Source of the DNA: Candidatus Kapaibacterium sp. | GTDB lineage: Bacteria > Bacteroidota > Ignavibacteria > Kapaibacteriales > UBA2268 | Assembly: GCA_028376765.1 (NCBI GenBank) | Contig: JAONBD010000004.1 | Coordinates: 793 to 64,792, forward strand | DNA length: 64,000 nucleotides | Direction of reading: 5' to 3' | In this document: positions 51,878 to 61,438 of the stretch, in pieces | Layout: every line of letters begins with the position of its first letter | Numbering within the stretch: the first letter of the stretch is position 1 | The notes under the pieces: model-generated | Databases searched by the model: none | What the model saw: the letters and a program-made list of their open reading frames with translations, nothing else | Told to the model about the DNA's origin: nothing | Position numbers and translations under genes: made by a program

Positions 51878-51910
51878 ACTCCTGTCTATTTTATAGATGG
51901 GAGTTTTTTT
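51878..51910 (+). terminator. Intrinsic terminator after ftsZ
   Basis: ACTCCTGTCTA/TAGATGGGAGT plus T run. Confidence 0.75.
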
Positions 51911-51957
51911 ATTTGTTAATATTTAATTAGCTAATAGTATCATAAAAATATATATAA

Positions 51958-52641
51958 TTGCAAAACAATAATAAAAAATTGAAAAACAAGCTATTTAAAT
52001 ATTTTCTTATTTCATTTTCAATCATTTTTTGGATGATTGTATTTGTAATGCTTTGTAATGAAGGTGTAAACTATAATGCAAATGGAAAAGTCTATTCCTC
52101 CCCAAATAATACTCCTAAAAGAAAAACTGCTCTCCTTTTAGGAACATCAAAATTTCTTTCTTGGCAAAAAGAAAACCTATATTATAAATTCAGAATTGAT
52201 GCCGCTATAGATTTATGGAACAATCAAAAAATAGATTTTTTTCTAATCAGTGGTGATAATAGTAATGTAAATTACAATGAGCCACAAATGATGAAAGATG
52301 ATTTAGTTAGCTTAGGTGTTCCACCAAATAGAATTTATCTCGATTATGCAGGTTTCAGAACATTCGACTCGGTTATTAGATCTAAAGATATATTTGGACA
52401 AGATTCACTAATAATAATTTCACAAAAGTTCCATATTCAAAGAGCAATTTATTTAGCTGAAAATTATAATATGAATGCAATAGGATTTGTGGCAAAATCA
52501 CCAATTGATCAAACTTCTTTTCTTAACTATAGAGAAATTGCAGCAAGAACTAAGATGATATTAGATATATATCTTCTTGGAACTAAACCAAAATTTGATG
52601 GTGATAAAATAAAAATAAGTGCAGAATCACCCCAATTTTAA
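51958..52641 (+). CDS. SanA/YdcF (DUF218) family protein
   Basis: LLGTS, SGDN..YNEP, DYAGFRTFDS and SQKFHIQRA motifs. Confidence 0.9.
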   Translation: MQNNNKKLKNKLFKYFLISFSIIFWMIVFVMLCNEGVNYNANGKVYSSPNNTPKRKTALLLGTSKFLSWQKENLYYKFRIDAAIDLWNNQKIDFFLISGDNSNVNYNEPQMMKDDLVSLGVPPNRIYLDYAGFRTFDSVIRSKDIFGQDSLIIISQKFHIQRAIYLAENYNMNAIGFVAKSPIDQTSFLNYREIAARTKMILDIYLLGTKPKFDGDKIKISAESPQF

Positions 52642-52706
52642 GAAACATATTATAATTTAGAGAGTACTATTTTTAAATAACAACTTTAAAATTAATTAGG
52701 AAATAC

Positions 52707-55169
52707 ATGAAACAATTCTTACTAGCTTTTATAGTTACTTCGTCAGTTCTGATTGGTCAATCCATTCAAAGTAGTTTTTTAAATTATTATCAAACAAGCC
52801 AATACACTCAAGGGTCACCTGGTTCTTTCAAATTTGGACTTTATGGATTTAATAATCCTGCTATAACAAATTATTTAACCGACTCAGATGCATTAATCGG
52901 ACTTTCAAGTAATAATTACACATTTGATAAAATCACTGATTGGACTTTTCAGTCAGCTTCCGAAGGAAATGGTTTTGGTGTGGTTTCCACATCTGCCAAT
53001 GGTAATACAGTTTATGATTATAGACTTTCTACTGCATTTGGTAGCAAAAAATTCAGCTTAGGACTAGGTTACGGTTTTGTAGGTGGAGATAAATCAAAAA
53101 TGGGTAGATCAAATTCAGCTCATTGGGGTTTTATTTATAGACCTGCTAGTTTTATTAGTATTGGTGGTGCCCAAACATGGGCTTTAAATGGCGACATTAC
53201 AGAAACTGTAGCCGAAATGGCAATAAGACCTCTGGGAAATGAGTTAATCACATTTTTCGGAGATGTCGCTGCTTTAGCAAATACTCAAGGTTTTAATTAC
53301 AGTTTTGACAAAAAAATAAACTATTCTGCTGGTGCAGTTATAGAACCACTTAGTGGAATTAGATTATCTGGTAGATATTTAAATCTTCAAGGTAATGAAA
53401 GTTTTGCTTTTGGTTTAGACCTAAGCTACGGCTTAAGCGGATTCGGAATAACAACTAATGCTCCATCAAATTCTGACTTAGATGAATCTCTAACAGTATT
53501 ATCTAGGTTTGGAGCAAAAGACAGAACTATATTTGATGATATTTCTCCTATTAAATATTATGTAAAAGTAAATCTAGCTGGGGCATATAAATATCAAAAA
53601 AATAAATATTTCGATAATTCTAAAACATTACTAAATACTCTAGTATCTCTTGATAGGATTAAAGAAAGTAATGCTATTAAGGGTGTTATCATAAATACTA
53701 TTGGTTTTTCTGCTAATCAATCAATGAAATGGGAAATCAGAGAAAAAATAAAAGAAATTAAAAGAACTGGAAAAAAAGTATATATCTTCATGGAAAGAGG
53801 TGATTTAAATGATTACCACTTCGCTTCTGTAGCTGATAAAATTATTTTAGATGATTATGGGAATCTAATGCTTTTAGGTTATAATTCTGGAAGAACATTT
53901 TACAAAAATTTATTCGATAAATATGATATTGGCTACAATGAAATAAGACTCTTTAAATATAAATCTGCTGTTGAAGCTTTTTCTAGAGAGAGTTTTTCTG
54001 AAGGCTCAATAGAACAAAATCAAGCATTGATTGATAGCTGGTATAATACTACACTTACAGAAATTTCTGAATCAAGGTCTGATCTAAACTATGAGCAGAT
54101 TGATGATATAATTAATACAAAGTTGTTTATTAATTCTGATTATGCTATTTCCAATAAATTAGTTGATGCAAAAGGTAGATGGAATGATTTAGATTCAACT
54201 ATGAAGAAGTTTGATAAAGATTTTGCCTTTGCTGTTGATTTTGGATTTATTTCACAAAACCCAATACCTATTGATGATAAATGGGGGTATTCGGCAAAAA
54301 GTATTGCTGTAATATATGTGGATGGTGTTTGTGCAATGGAACAAGGAATAAAAGCCAGAAAGCTTGTATCTTATGTTGAAAGTGTTATAAAAAATCCAAA
54401 TATTAAAGCAGTCGTATTAAGGGTTGATTCACCAGGTGGTGATGTACTTGCCTCTGAATATATAGCTGATATAGTTAGAAAAAATAAAGGTAAGAAACCA
54501 ATTATCATTTCACAGGGAATGCTAGCAGCATCGGGTGGATACTGGCTTTCTATGGACGGTGATGAAATTTTTGCTTCGCCATATACAATAACAGGTTCTA
54601 TCGGTGTAATATCTAGCTGGATTTATGATAAGGGAGCAGCAAAACGATTGGGTCTTACAACCGATAATGTTAAAGTTGGTAAATATGCCGATTTAGGATT
54701 TTCTTGGAGAGATCCTTTGATTGGTTTAGGCTTACCTGTTAGAAATATTACTGAAGACGAAGAGGGCCAATGGAAGGCAAATATATTAGATTTGTATGGC
54801 GATTTTGTTAACAAAGTAGCAGATGGAAGAGATATGGATTCATTATCGGTTCATAAAGTAGCACAGGGAAGAGTATGGACTGGTAAAGATGCTATAGAAA
54901 AAGGGCTTGTTGATAAAATAGGTGGTTTATCCGCTGCAATTGAACAAGCTAAATTGGCTGCAAAATTTGATGATGATGAGGAAGTTTTAATCTATGAATA
55001 CCCTAAACCAGAAGTTTTTGATTTTCAAAATTTTCTAGGTGGTATGATTGGTGTTGAAACTGAAAAAGTATCTGAAAGAATTGAAACTTTACAATGGCTC
55101 TATAATAACAAAGGTATAGCTATGCCTATGCTACCACTTGAATATTTAGAATATGGTATTGATAATTAA
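52707..55169 (+). CDS. S49 peptidase (two-domain SppA) with extra N-terminal beta-strand-rich domain
   Basis: KYKSAVE, LRVDSPGG, AASGGY, TGSIGV and AQGRVWTG motifs; about 270-aa N-terminal Gly/aromatic strand region. Confidence 0.85.
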   Translation: MKQFLLAFIVTSSVLIGQSIQSSFLNYYQTSQYTQGSPGSFKFGLYGFNNPAITNYLTDSDALIGLSSNNYTFDKITDWTFQSASEGNGFGVVSTSANGNTVYDYRLSTAFGSKKFSLGLGYGFVGGDKSKMGRSNSAHWGFIYRPASFISIGGAQTWALNGDITETVAEMAIRPLGNELITFFGDVAALANTQGFNYSFDKKINYSAGAVIEPLSGIRLSGRYLNLQGNESFAFGLDLSYGLSGFGITTNAPSNSDLDESLTVLSRFGAKDRTIFDDISPIKYYVKVNLAGAYKYQKNKYFDNSKTLLNTLVSLDRIKESNAIKGVIINTIGFSANQSMKWEIREKIKEIKRTGKKVYIFMERGDLNDYHFASVADKIILDDYGNLMLLGYNSGRTFYKNLFDKYDIGYNEIRLFKYKSAVEAFSRESFSEGSIEQNQALIDSWYNTTLTEISESRSDLNYEQIDDIINTKLFINSDYAISNKLVDAKGRWNDLDSTMKKFDKDFAFAVDFGFISQNPIPIDDKWGYSAKSIAVIYVDGVCAMEQGIKARKLVSYVESVIKNPNIKAVVLRVDSPGGDVLASEYIADIVRKNKGKKPIIISQGMLAASGGYWLSMDGDEIFASPYTITGSIGVISSWIYDKGAAKRLGLTTDNVKVGKYADLGFSWRDPLIGLGLPVRNITEDEEGQWKANILDLYGDFVNKVADGRDMDSLSVHKVAQGRVWTGKDAIEKGLVDKIGGLSAAIEQAKLAAKFDDDEEVLIYEYPKPEVFDFQNFLGGMIGVETEKVSERIETLQWLYNNKGIAMPMLPLEYLEYGIDN

Positions 55170-55200
55170 AACATTTTAGTTAAATATAACTTAATAAAAG

Positions 55201-55234
55201 AAACCCTACTTCTATAAAAAATAAAGTAGGGTTT
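55201..55234. terminator. Bidirectional terminator
   Basis: AAACCCTACTT/AAGTAGGGTTT between convergent genes. Confidence 0.7.
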
Positions 55235-55262
55235 TCTTTATAATTAGAAAGAAATTCAGATT

Positions 55263-55934
55263 CTATGCGAATGAACCTCTCGAATAGTTATTACTATTAT
55301 ATTGCTTTTTCTTAGCGAAGCTTCTATATATAATAAAACCTAAGATTGATAAAATTACTAAAGTAAAAAAGACTCTAGAAAAGCTAAACCTTGGTGGATA
55401 TACTCCAACCGAACCATCGGGGTTTGTAACGTAAGCTGGTCTTCCATAATAAAATGCTGGATGGAATGGCATTGACCAATACCACATTGAACTACCCATC
55501 ATATATCCTGTCATTAAACCAGAGCCATAACCGCCATAGCTATTCATAACATATCTTTGGTTTGTTCCATTAGCTGACTTTCTAGAAATTGTTTCTTGTT
55601 TTCTTGGAGTGGAATATGTTTTTCTTGCTTGAGATTGAGACATACGCTTACCTCCAAAACTAGGTCTTTTGGGAGATTGAGCTAGACCAGATTTTGAACT
55701 ACTTCTTCTTGAACTTGTATTTCTTTTTGATCTACTAGATGTACTCCTCCTTGATGATGACCTTCTTGAAGAACTTCTTCTACTTCCTCCAAAGCTTCTC
55801 CCCCTTCTTAAAGAAGTTCCTTCTTTCCAATCCCCTACATCCGAAAAATCGACAAAACTAGTTAGCTCTTGAAATGACTGTGCGTTGCCATCAAATACTA
55901 AAATTAAGCTCAATATTATTATAAAATACTTCAT
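55263..55934 (-). CDS. Exported Ser/Arg- and Gly/Tyr-rich protein with C-terminal TM
   Basis: Signal peptide + Gln; RRSSS repeats; single TM followed by basic residues. Confidence 0.7.
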   Translation of the reverse strand: MKYFIIILSLILVFDGNAQSFQELTSFVDFSDVGDWKEGTSLRRGRSFGGSRRSSSRRSSSRRSTSSRSKRNTSSRRSSSKSGLAQSPKRPSFGGKRMSQSQARKTYSTPRKQETISRKSANGTNQRYVMNSYGGYGSGLMTGYMMGSSMWYWSMPFHPAFYYGRPAYVTNPDGSVGVYPPRFSFSRVFFTLVILSILGFIIYRSFAKKKQYNSNNYSRGSFA

Positions 55935-55936
55935 AT

Positions 55937-56413
55937 TTAAAATACTCTTTCAGTTTCTAAAGAATCATCATCATTTCTAAAAACAATTTCCGCTTTGCAA
56001 ACTGAATCTTCAACTGTTTTTGCTCTACTAAATAAATTAGAGAGTCCTTTTTTTTCTTTTGTTGGTGTTTTGATATGAACTAGAAGGCTAACAACTCCAT
56101 CTAAATCCTCCTCATCCCACATTAAAATTGTATTCTCAATTTGCCCATCACTTTCAATTGTAAGCTCTTCTAATTCATTTGCTTCTTCTTCTGTAAATGA
56201 AGGCTCAGTTACTTTTAGTTCTGTGAGGTTATCAGAAAATATATTTTTAGTGTAAAGCTCTCCATCGCCCCCAACATATTGAACTACTGAATCGTAAGTC
56301 CCTTCCTCGTCTAAATTGAGGAATAACTCTTTAAGACCATCTAGTTGTTCTCCATTAAGATAGACAGCAGTTTTGCCTAATCTTCCATTTGATTCTATTG
56401 TAAGTGTTTTCAT
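55937..56413 (-). CDS. Acidic hypothetical protein with twofold internal repeat
   Basis: LTIES(N/D)G...LDG occurs twice. Confidence 0.75.
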   Translation of the reverse strand: MKTLTIESNGRLGKTAVYLNGEQLDGLKELFLNLDEEGTYDSVVQYVGGDGELYTKNIFSDNLTELKVTEPSFTEEEANELEELTIESDGQIENTILMWDEEDLDGVVSLLVHIKTPTKEKKGLSNLFSRAKTVEDSVCKAEIVFRNDDDSLETERVF

Positions 56414-56447
56414 ATAAATATTTACGTATTAATTGAATATTTGGTTT

Positions 56448-58292
56448 TTAATCTAATCTAAATTTTTCTTGCCATTTTTCTTTATCATCATAATTTGGCT
56501 GATTATTTTTATAAAAAATATAATTTTCTATTACTAATACATCCATTTCTGTTCTCATAAAGCATTTATAGCTATCCTCTGCTGTACATACAATTGGCTC
56601 TCCCCTAACATTGAATGAAGTATTTACAAGTACTGGACAAGAAGTTTTTTTATGAAATGAATTAATTAACCCATAGTATTTTGGATTTGTATCCTTGGAA
56701 ACTGTTTGGATTCTTGCCGAATAGTCAACATGAGTAATTGCAGGGATTGTAGATCTAGGAATTTTTAATTTGTCTATTCCAAATAGTTTTTCAGTTTCTT
56801 CAGTTTCAATAATTTTCTTTGCATCATTTATATCTGCAACTAATAGCATATATGGAGATTTAACATCAATATCAAACCAATTTTGTAGTTCATCTATTAA
56901 AATTGAAGGAGCAAAAGGTCTGAAACTCTCCCTATATTTTATTTTCAAATTCATGATTGATTGCATTTTTGTACTTCTTGGATCTCCTAAAATGCTTCTC
57001 CCACCCAAGGCTCTTGGACCAAATTCCATTCTTCCCTGATGCCAACCAACAACTTTTTCATTTATTAAGTGATCAGAAACAAGATCATACAAGGATTCTT
57101 CATCTGTGAATTTTTGAAACTTTGCATTATATTTTTTAGCCATTGTTTCTATTTCAACACTATTAGTTTGTGGACCTAGATATGCTCCCTTCATAGCATC
57201 TGGTTCAGATATTACTCTTGCATTATTAAAATGAGTGTGGTATGCAAATAACGCAGCCCCTAATGCACCTCCAGCATCTCCAGCTGCAGGTTGAATCCAA
57301 ATATTTTTAAATATATTATTTTTCAATAATTTACCATTAGCAACACAATTTAAGGCTACACCACCAGCTAAACACAGATTTTCTGAATTAGTCTTCAATT
57401 TAGCGTTCTTTGCTAAAAGTATTACAATCTCTTCTGTTAGTTCCTGAATAGATCTAGCAATATTCATTTCTTTTTGTGTGACCTCAGTTTCACTTTGCCT
57501 TGGAGCTCCACCAAATAAATCATGGAACTTGCTATTTGTCATAGTTAATCCACTATTGAAATTAAAATAATCCATATTTAACTTAAAAGAGCCGTCTTCT
57601 TTTATATCAATGAGATGCTCTTTTATTCTTTCAAGATAAACTGGCTCACCATAAGGTGCTAAACCCATAATTTTATATTCACCAGAATTTACTTTAAAAC
57701 CAGTATAATATGTAAATGCAGAATAAAGTAGCCCTAAGGAATGTGGAAAATGAATTTCTGAAATAATCTCAATATTATTGCCACTACCATGAGATAGTGA
57801 TGTGGTTGACCATTCGCCTACTCCATCTATTGTTAAAATGGCTGAGTCTTTAAAAGGAGATGGATAAAATGCGCTAGCAGAATGAGAAATATGGTGTTCT
57901 GTAAATAATATTTTAGGGAGAACACTACTTTTTTTGACATCAAAATTTGTCGATAACTCTTTAGCTATAGTTGATTTTAAAAATAATTTATCTTTTAGCC
58001 AAACAGGAATTGACATTAAAAATGATTTTAGTCCTTTTGGAGCTTCTGCTAAATAGGTTTCGAGCAATCTTTCAAATTTCAATAATGGTTTATCATAAAA
58101 TACTATTGATTCAATTTCATCAAAAGATATACTTGAATTGTTTATACAATATTTAATTGCTTGTATTGGAAAGCGAGGATCATGTTTTATTCTTGTAAAT
58201 CGCTCTTCTTGTGCAGCTGAAATAATATTGCCATTATGTATTAGGCAAGCTGCAGAATCATGGTAATAAGCTGATATTCCTAGAATGTACAT
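56448..58292 (-). CDS. O-carbamoyltransferase, NodU/CmcH family (SxtI-like)
   Basis: ILGISAYYHDSAA, EERFTRIKH, EHHISH, GEYKIMGLAPYG, EFGPRALG and NTSFNVRGEP motifs. Confidence 0.95.
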   Translation of the reverse strand: MYILGISAYYHDSAACLIHNGNIISAAQEERFTRIKHDPRFPIQAIKYCINNSSISFDEIESIVFYDKPLLKFERLLETYLAEAPKGLKSFLMSIPVWLKDKLFLKSTIAKELSTNFDVKKSSVLPKILFTEHHISHSASAFYPSPFKDSAILTIDGVGEWSTTSLSHGSGNNIEIISEIHFPHSLGLLYSAFTYYTGFKVNSGEYKIMGLAPYGEPVYLERIKEHLIDIKEDGSFKLNMDYFNFNSGLTMTNSKFHDLFGGAPRQSETEVTQKEMNIARSIQELTEEIVILLAKNAKLKTNSENLCLAGGVALNCVANGKLLKNNIFKNIWIQPAAGDAGGALGAALFAYHTHFNNARVISEPDAMKGAYLGPQTNSVEIETMAKKYNAKFQKFTDEESLYDLVSDHLINEKVVGWHQGRMEFGPRALGGRSILGDPRSTKMQSIMNLKIKYRESFRPFAPSILIDELQNWFDIDVKSPYMLLVADINDAKKIIETEETEKLFGIDKLKIPRSTIPAITHVDYSARIQTVSKDTNPKYYGLINSFHKKTSCPVLVNTSFNVRGEPIVCTAEDSYKCFMRTEMDVLVIENYIFYKNNQPNYDDKEKWQEKFRLD

Positions 58293-58301
58293 TCAGTATT
58301 T

Positions 58302-58451
58302 TTAAAAAAGAGTATAAATAAATGGAGCTATTGCAGGTAGGCTAGATAGTATAATTAAGCCACCTAGTAATAAAAGAACAATAATTATTGGAGCAAGCCA
58401 ATATTTTTTTCTTTCTTTAAAAAATGCAAAAAGTTGTGATAAAAAGTCCAT
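58302..58451 (-). CDS. DUF5989 / SxtK-like small membrane protein (49 aa)
   Basis: RKKYWLAP...APFIYTLF; start reassigned to ATG 58451. Confidence 0.85.
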   Translation of the reverse strand: MDFLSQLFAFFKERKKYWLAPIIIVLLLLGGLIILSSLPAIAPFIYTLF

Positions 58452-58452
58452 A

Positions 58453-58836
58453 TTAAAACTGATTGGTGAGTTTTCCAGCTTGTTTTTTTCTTGTAATCCA
58501 GTAGCTTGTTGCTTGTTTGTCAATTTTTTTATTTAGTAAATCTTGCCCCATAGTTCTTTGCAAAATCCCAATTGGTGTAATTACTAAATAAAATATTAAT
58601 CCTAAAATAAGTTTTGATGTAATATTACCAATAAAACTAGCAATAAACATCTGATATTTATAAATATATTTAATGGGCTTTTGCCAGAAAAAAGAAAAAA
58701 CAACAAAAATGGTAGCAGTTGTTAAAGTATAAATATTTAAAAACGAAATTTCATCAAATTTGTATGGGATGATTATTGCAATTATGCTTGCCCAAATTAA
58801 CCCAAAAGTTCTTAATAATTTTGTTTTTGTTTTCAT
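58453..58836 (-). CDS. SxtJ-family membrane protein
   Basis: LRTFG..ILGLIFYLVITPIG..DLL..SYW..QF motif; adjacent to SxtK-like and carbamoyltransferase genes. Confidence 0.85.
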   Translation of the reverse strand: MKTKTKLLRTFGLIWASIIAIIIPYKFDEISFLNIYTLTTATIFVVFSFFWQKPIKYIYKYQMFIASFIGNITSKLILGLIFYLVITPIGILQRTMGQDLLNKKIDKQATSYWITRKKQAGKLTNQF

Positions 58837-58864
58837 AAAAAAATGGGGTAGAAATATCTACCCC
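58837..58864 (-). terminator. Intrinsic terminator after the POT transporter
   Basis: GGGGTAGA/TCTACCCC stem, T7 tail on the minus strand. Confidence 0.65.
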
Positions 58865-58893
58865 TTTTATCTCATAATTGATAAATACTTAAT

Positions 58894-60378
58894 TTATTCT
58901 ACGCCATGCATTAATTTTTTAAGTGGCTTATTGAGTATTATTATTATTACTGCAACACCAAGTAATACAAATCCAATTGTAGAAAATATACTAACATAGT
59001 TTGTTAATCCATCAGCAACACTTAGCGGTTCAGTACCGTCATGAGCTCCGCTCATCGCTGCAATTTTACCACCAAGATAATTTGCCATTGCAAAGCTTAA
59101 AAACCATGCACCCATAGCAGTTCCTGCAATTTTTTTAGGGGCTAACTTAGTAACCATCGAGAGTCCAATGGGTGATAAGAAAAGCTCACCAGATGTATGT
59201 AACATATAAAGGAATACAAGAGTTAATAATGGTACTTGAGAAGCATCATTAACAAACATAACACCAATTTGTGTTAACAAGAAACCCAAAGCTAATTGAA
59301 TAATACCAAATGCAAATTTTAATGGAATACTAGGATTCTTGCCAATAGCAGCTAGTTTAACCCACATTACTGAAAATATTGATCCAAATACTACAATGAA
59401 AAATGGATTGAAAAATTGTGTCATTGAAGCTGGCATAGTCCAACCTAATACTTCACGGTTTACATTTCTATCAGCAAATAATGTTAAAGATGTTCCAGCT
59501 TGTTCGAAGCATGCCCAAAATGTAATATTTATAACCATAAATATTATTAGAGCAACCATTCTATCTTTCCAAACTTTTGTACCAGATTCAATATCTTCAT
59601 CTTTTCCAGCTTTTATCATGGAAATACTAATATATAGGAAAAGACCTAATAAAAGATAATCCAAAATCTGATTTTGCATAATTAAAAAATAACATACTGG
59701 GATTAATAACAATGAGAATATTGTTATTGACTGTACATTATTAAGTGGACCAAATGATTTTTTATAACCAATTTCTGGAATATCAACACCAGGAGCACTA
59801 GCAAACCTAGATCTTCTTACATAAAATATTAAAATACCTAAAAGCATCCCAAATCCAGCAAGCCCGAACCCTTTGTCGAATCCGTAAGTCTCCCCTACAT
59901 AAGCAACAAGAGTAGTAGCTAGAAGCGCTCCTAAGTTAATTCCAATATAAAATATTGTAAAACCTGAATCTCTTCTAGGATCTCCATCGTCATAAAGCTT
60001 TCCTACGATAGTGGATATATTTGCTTTAAAGTATCCATTACCCAAAATTAATGCACCCATACCAATCATTAGAGTAGTTTCTGTGCCGCCTAAAATTATA
60101 AACTCGCCCACTGCCATTAGCAGACCACCAAGAATTACAGCATATCGGTAACCGAGGTATTTATCAGCAAGTCTTCCACCTAAAATTGGTGCCGCATATA
60201 CAAGTCCGGTATATGCACCGTAAATTAATGATGCCTCTGCATCACCCATCAAAAGTGACTTTACCAAATATAATGTAAGAAGGGTTCGCATACCATAGTA
60301 GCAAAATCTTTCCCACATCTCCGAAAAAAATAGGGCATATAAACCGCTAGGTTGACCCTGTTTTATATTTTCTGACAT
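58894..60378 (-). CDS. POT-family proton-dependent oligopeptide transporter (MFS)
   Basis: EMWERFCYYGMR (ExxER) and GFTIFYIGINLG motifs. Confidence 0.95.
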   Translation of the reverse strand: MSENIKQGQPSGLYALFFSEMWERFCYYGMRTLLTLYLVKSLLMGDAEASLIYGAYTGLVYAAPILGGRLADKYLGYRYAVILGGLLMAVGEFIILGGTETTLMIGMGALILGNGYFKANISTIVGKLYDDGDPRRDSGFTIFYIGINLGALLATTLVAYVGETYGFDKGFGLAGFGMLLGILIFYVRRSRFASAPGVDIPEIGYKKSFGPLNNVQSITIFSLLLIPVCYFLIMQNQILDYLLLGLFLYISISMIKAGKDEDIESGTKVWKDRMVALIIFMVINITFWACFEQAGTSLTLFADRNVNREVLGWTMPASMTQFFNPFFIVVFGSIFSVMWVKLAAIGKNPSIPLKFAFGIIQLALGFLLTQIGVMFVNDASQVPLLTLVFLYMLHTSGELFLSPIGLSMVTKLAPKKIAGTAMGAWFLSFAMANYLGGKIAAMSGAHDGTEPLSVADGLTNYVSIFSTIGFVLLGVAVIIIILNKPLKKLMHGVE

Positions 60379-60457
60379 TAATTTTCTCCGTTTTTGTTTG
60401 TTTCTATTCTAAATAATTTCTTAAGTTAATAAAATTTTCAATCAAAAAGATAAAATT

Positions 60458-61378
60458 ATGAAATCAATTTTAATACTACTACTTGTTTCAGCGTTAACAT
60501 TTGCCGAAGAAATAGAAATTGTTACCCCAGACGGTACCTTAAGCGGTACTCTTCAAGTCGCTAAAAAGGAATCTGATATTGGCATTCTAATATTAGCAGA
60601 TTCGGGACCTATAGATAGAGATGGTAATTCAACTAAAGAGCAAGGTAGTAATAACTCGCTTAAATTAATTGCTGATGGACTCCAAGAAAATGGTTATTCT
60701 TCATTAAGATATGACAAAAGATTGGTTGGTAAAAGCAAAGGCTTTCCAATAGATTACAAAACAGTTTTTACAAATTTCATTTCAGATGCAACATTTGCCG
60801 TTGAAAAACTAAAATCTCTAGGTTATAAAAAAGTAGTAATTATTGGTCATGGTGAAGGCTCGTTAATAGCAACAGTGACAGCAAGAAAAGCTAATGCTGA
60901 TGCATTAATTTCAGTTTGCGGTATTGTAAACGATGGGTCTGAACAAATACTTAATCAAATCAAAGAAAAAACACCAAATCTTTATGAAGAATCAAAATTA
61001 ATAGTTGATACACTTAAAATGGGGAAGATTGTGGAAAATATGAATCCTAAACTAGAATTACTGTTTAGCAAGTCAGTTCAACCATTTATGATTAATTTTT
61101 TCAAATATAACCCAGAAAAAGAAATTGCAAAATTAGATATTCCTATTTTAGTTCTTGTTGGTAAAAATGATATTCAAATTTCAGCAGAAGAGAGCAAAAT
61201 ATTACTAGCTGCCACTAAATCAGGTAGTTATGTTTCTATTGAAGGTATGAACCACATTTTAAAGACTGTTAGTATGGATCCTGAAAAACAATTACGTTCT
61301 TTTTCAGATCCTACATTAGAACTAAATGGTAATCTAGTTGAAAGTATTGTTGAATATTTAGAAACAATTGAAAATTAA
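60458..61378 (+). CDS. Secreted alpha/beta-hydrolase homologue lacking the nucleophile Ser
   Basis: SGPIDRDGN, RYDKR, GHGEG (expected GHSEG), NDIQI and GMNH motifs. Confidence 0.8.
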   Translation: MKSILILLLVSALTFAEEIEIVTPDGTLSGTLQVAKKESDIGILILADSGPIDRDGNSTKEQGSNNSLKLIADGLQENGYSSLRYDKRLVGKSKGFPIDYKTVFTNFISDATFAVEKLKSLGYKKVVIIGHGEGSLIATVTARKANADALISVCGIVNDGSEQILNQIKEKTPNLYEESKLIVDTLKMGKIVENMNPKLELLFSKSVQPFMINFFKYNPEKEIAKLDIPILVLVGKNDIQISAEESKILLAATKSGSYVSIEGMNHILKTVSMDPEKQLRSFSDPTLELNGNLVESIVEYLETIEN

Positions 61379-61438
61379 TCTATCATGGCATAATATTGGT
61401 TAAGTAATAAGAAATATATAAACTAATAAAACCGCCAA

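Noticed and set aside
56448-58836. Saxitoxin biosynthesis
   Set aside because: Only the widespread sxtI/J/K-like trio is present; no core sxt genes in the window
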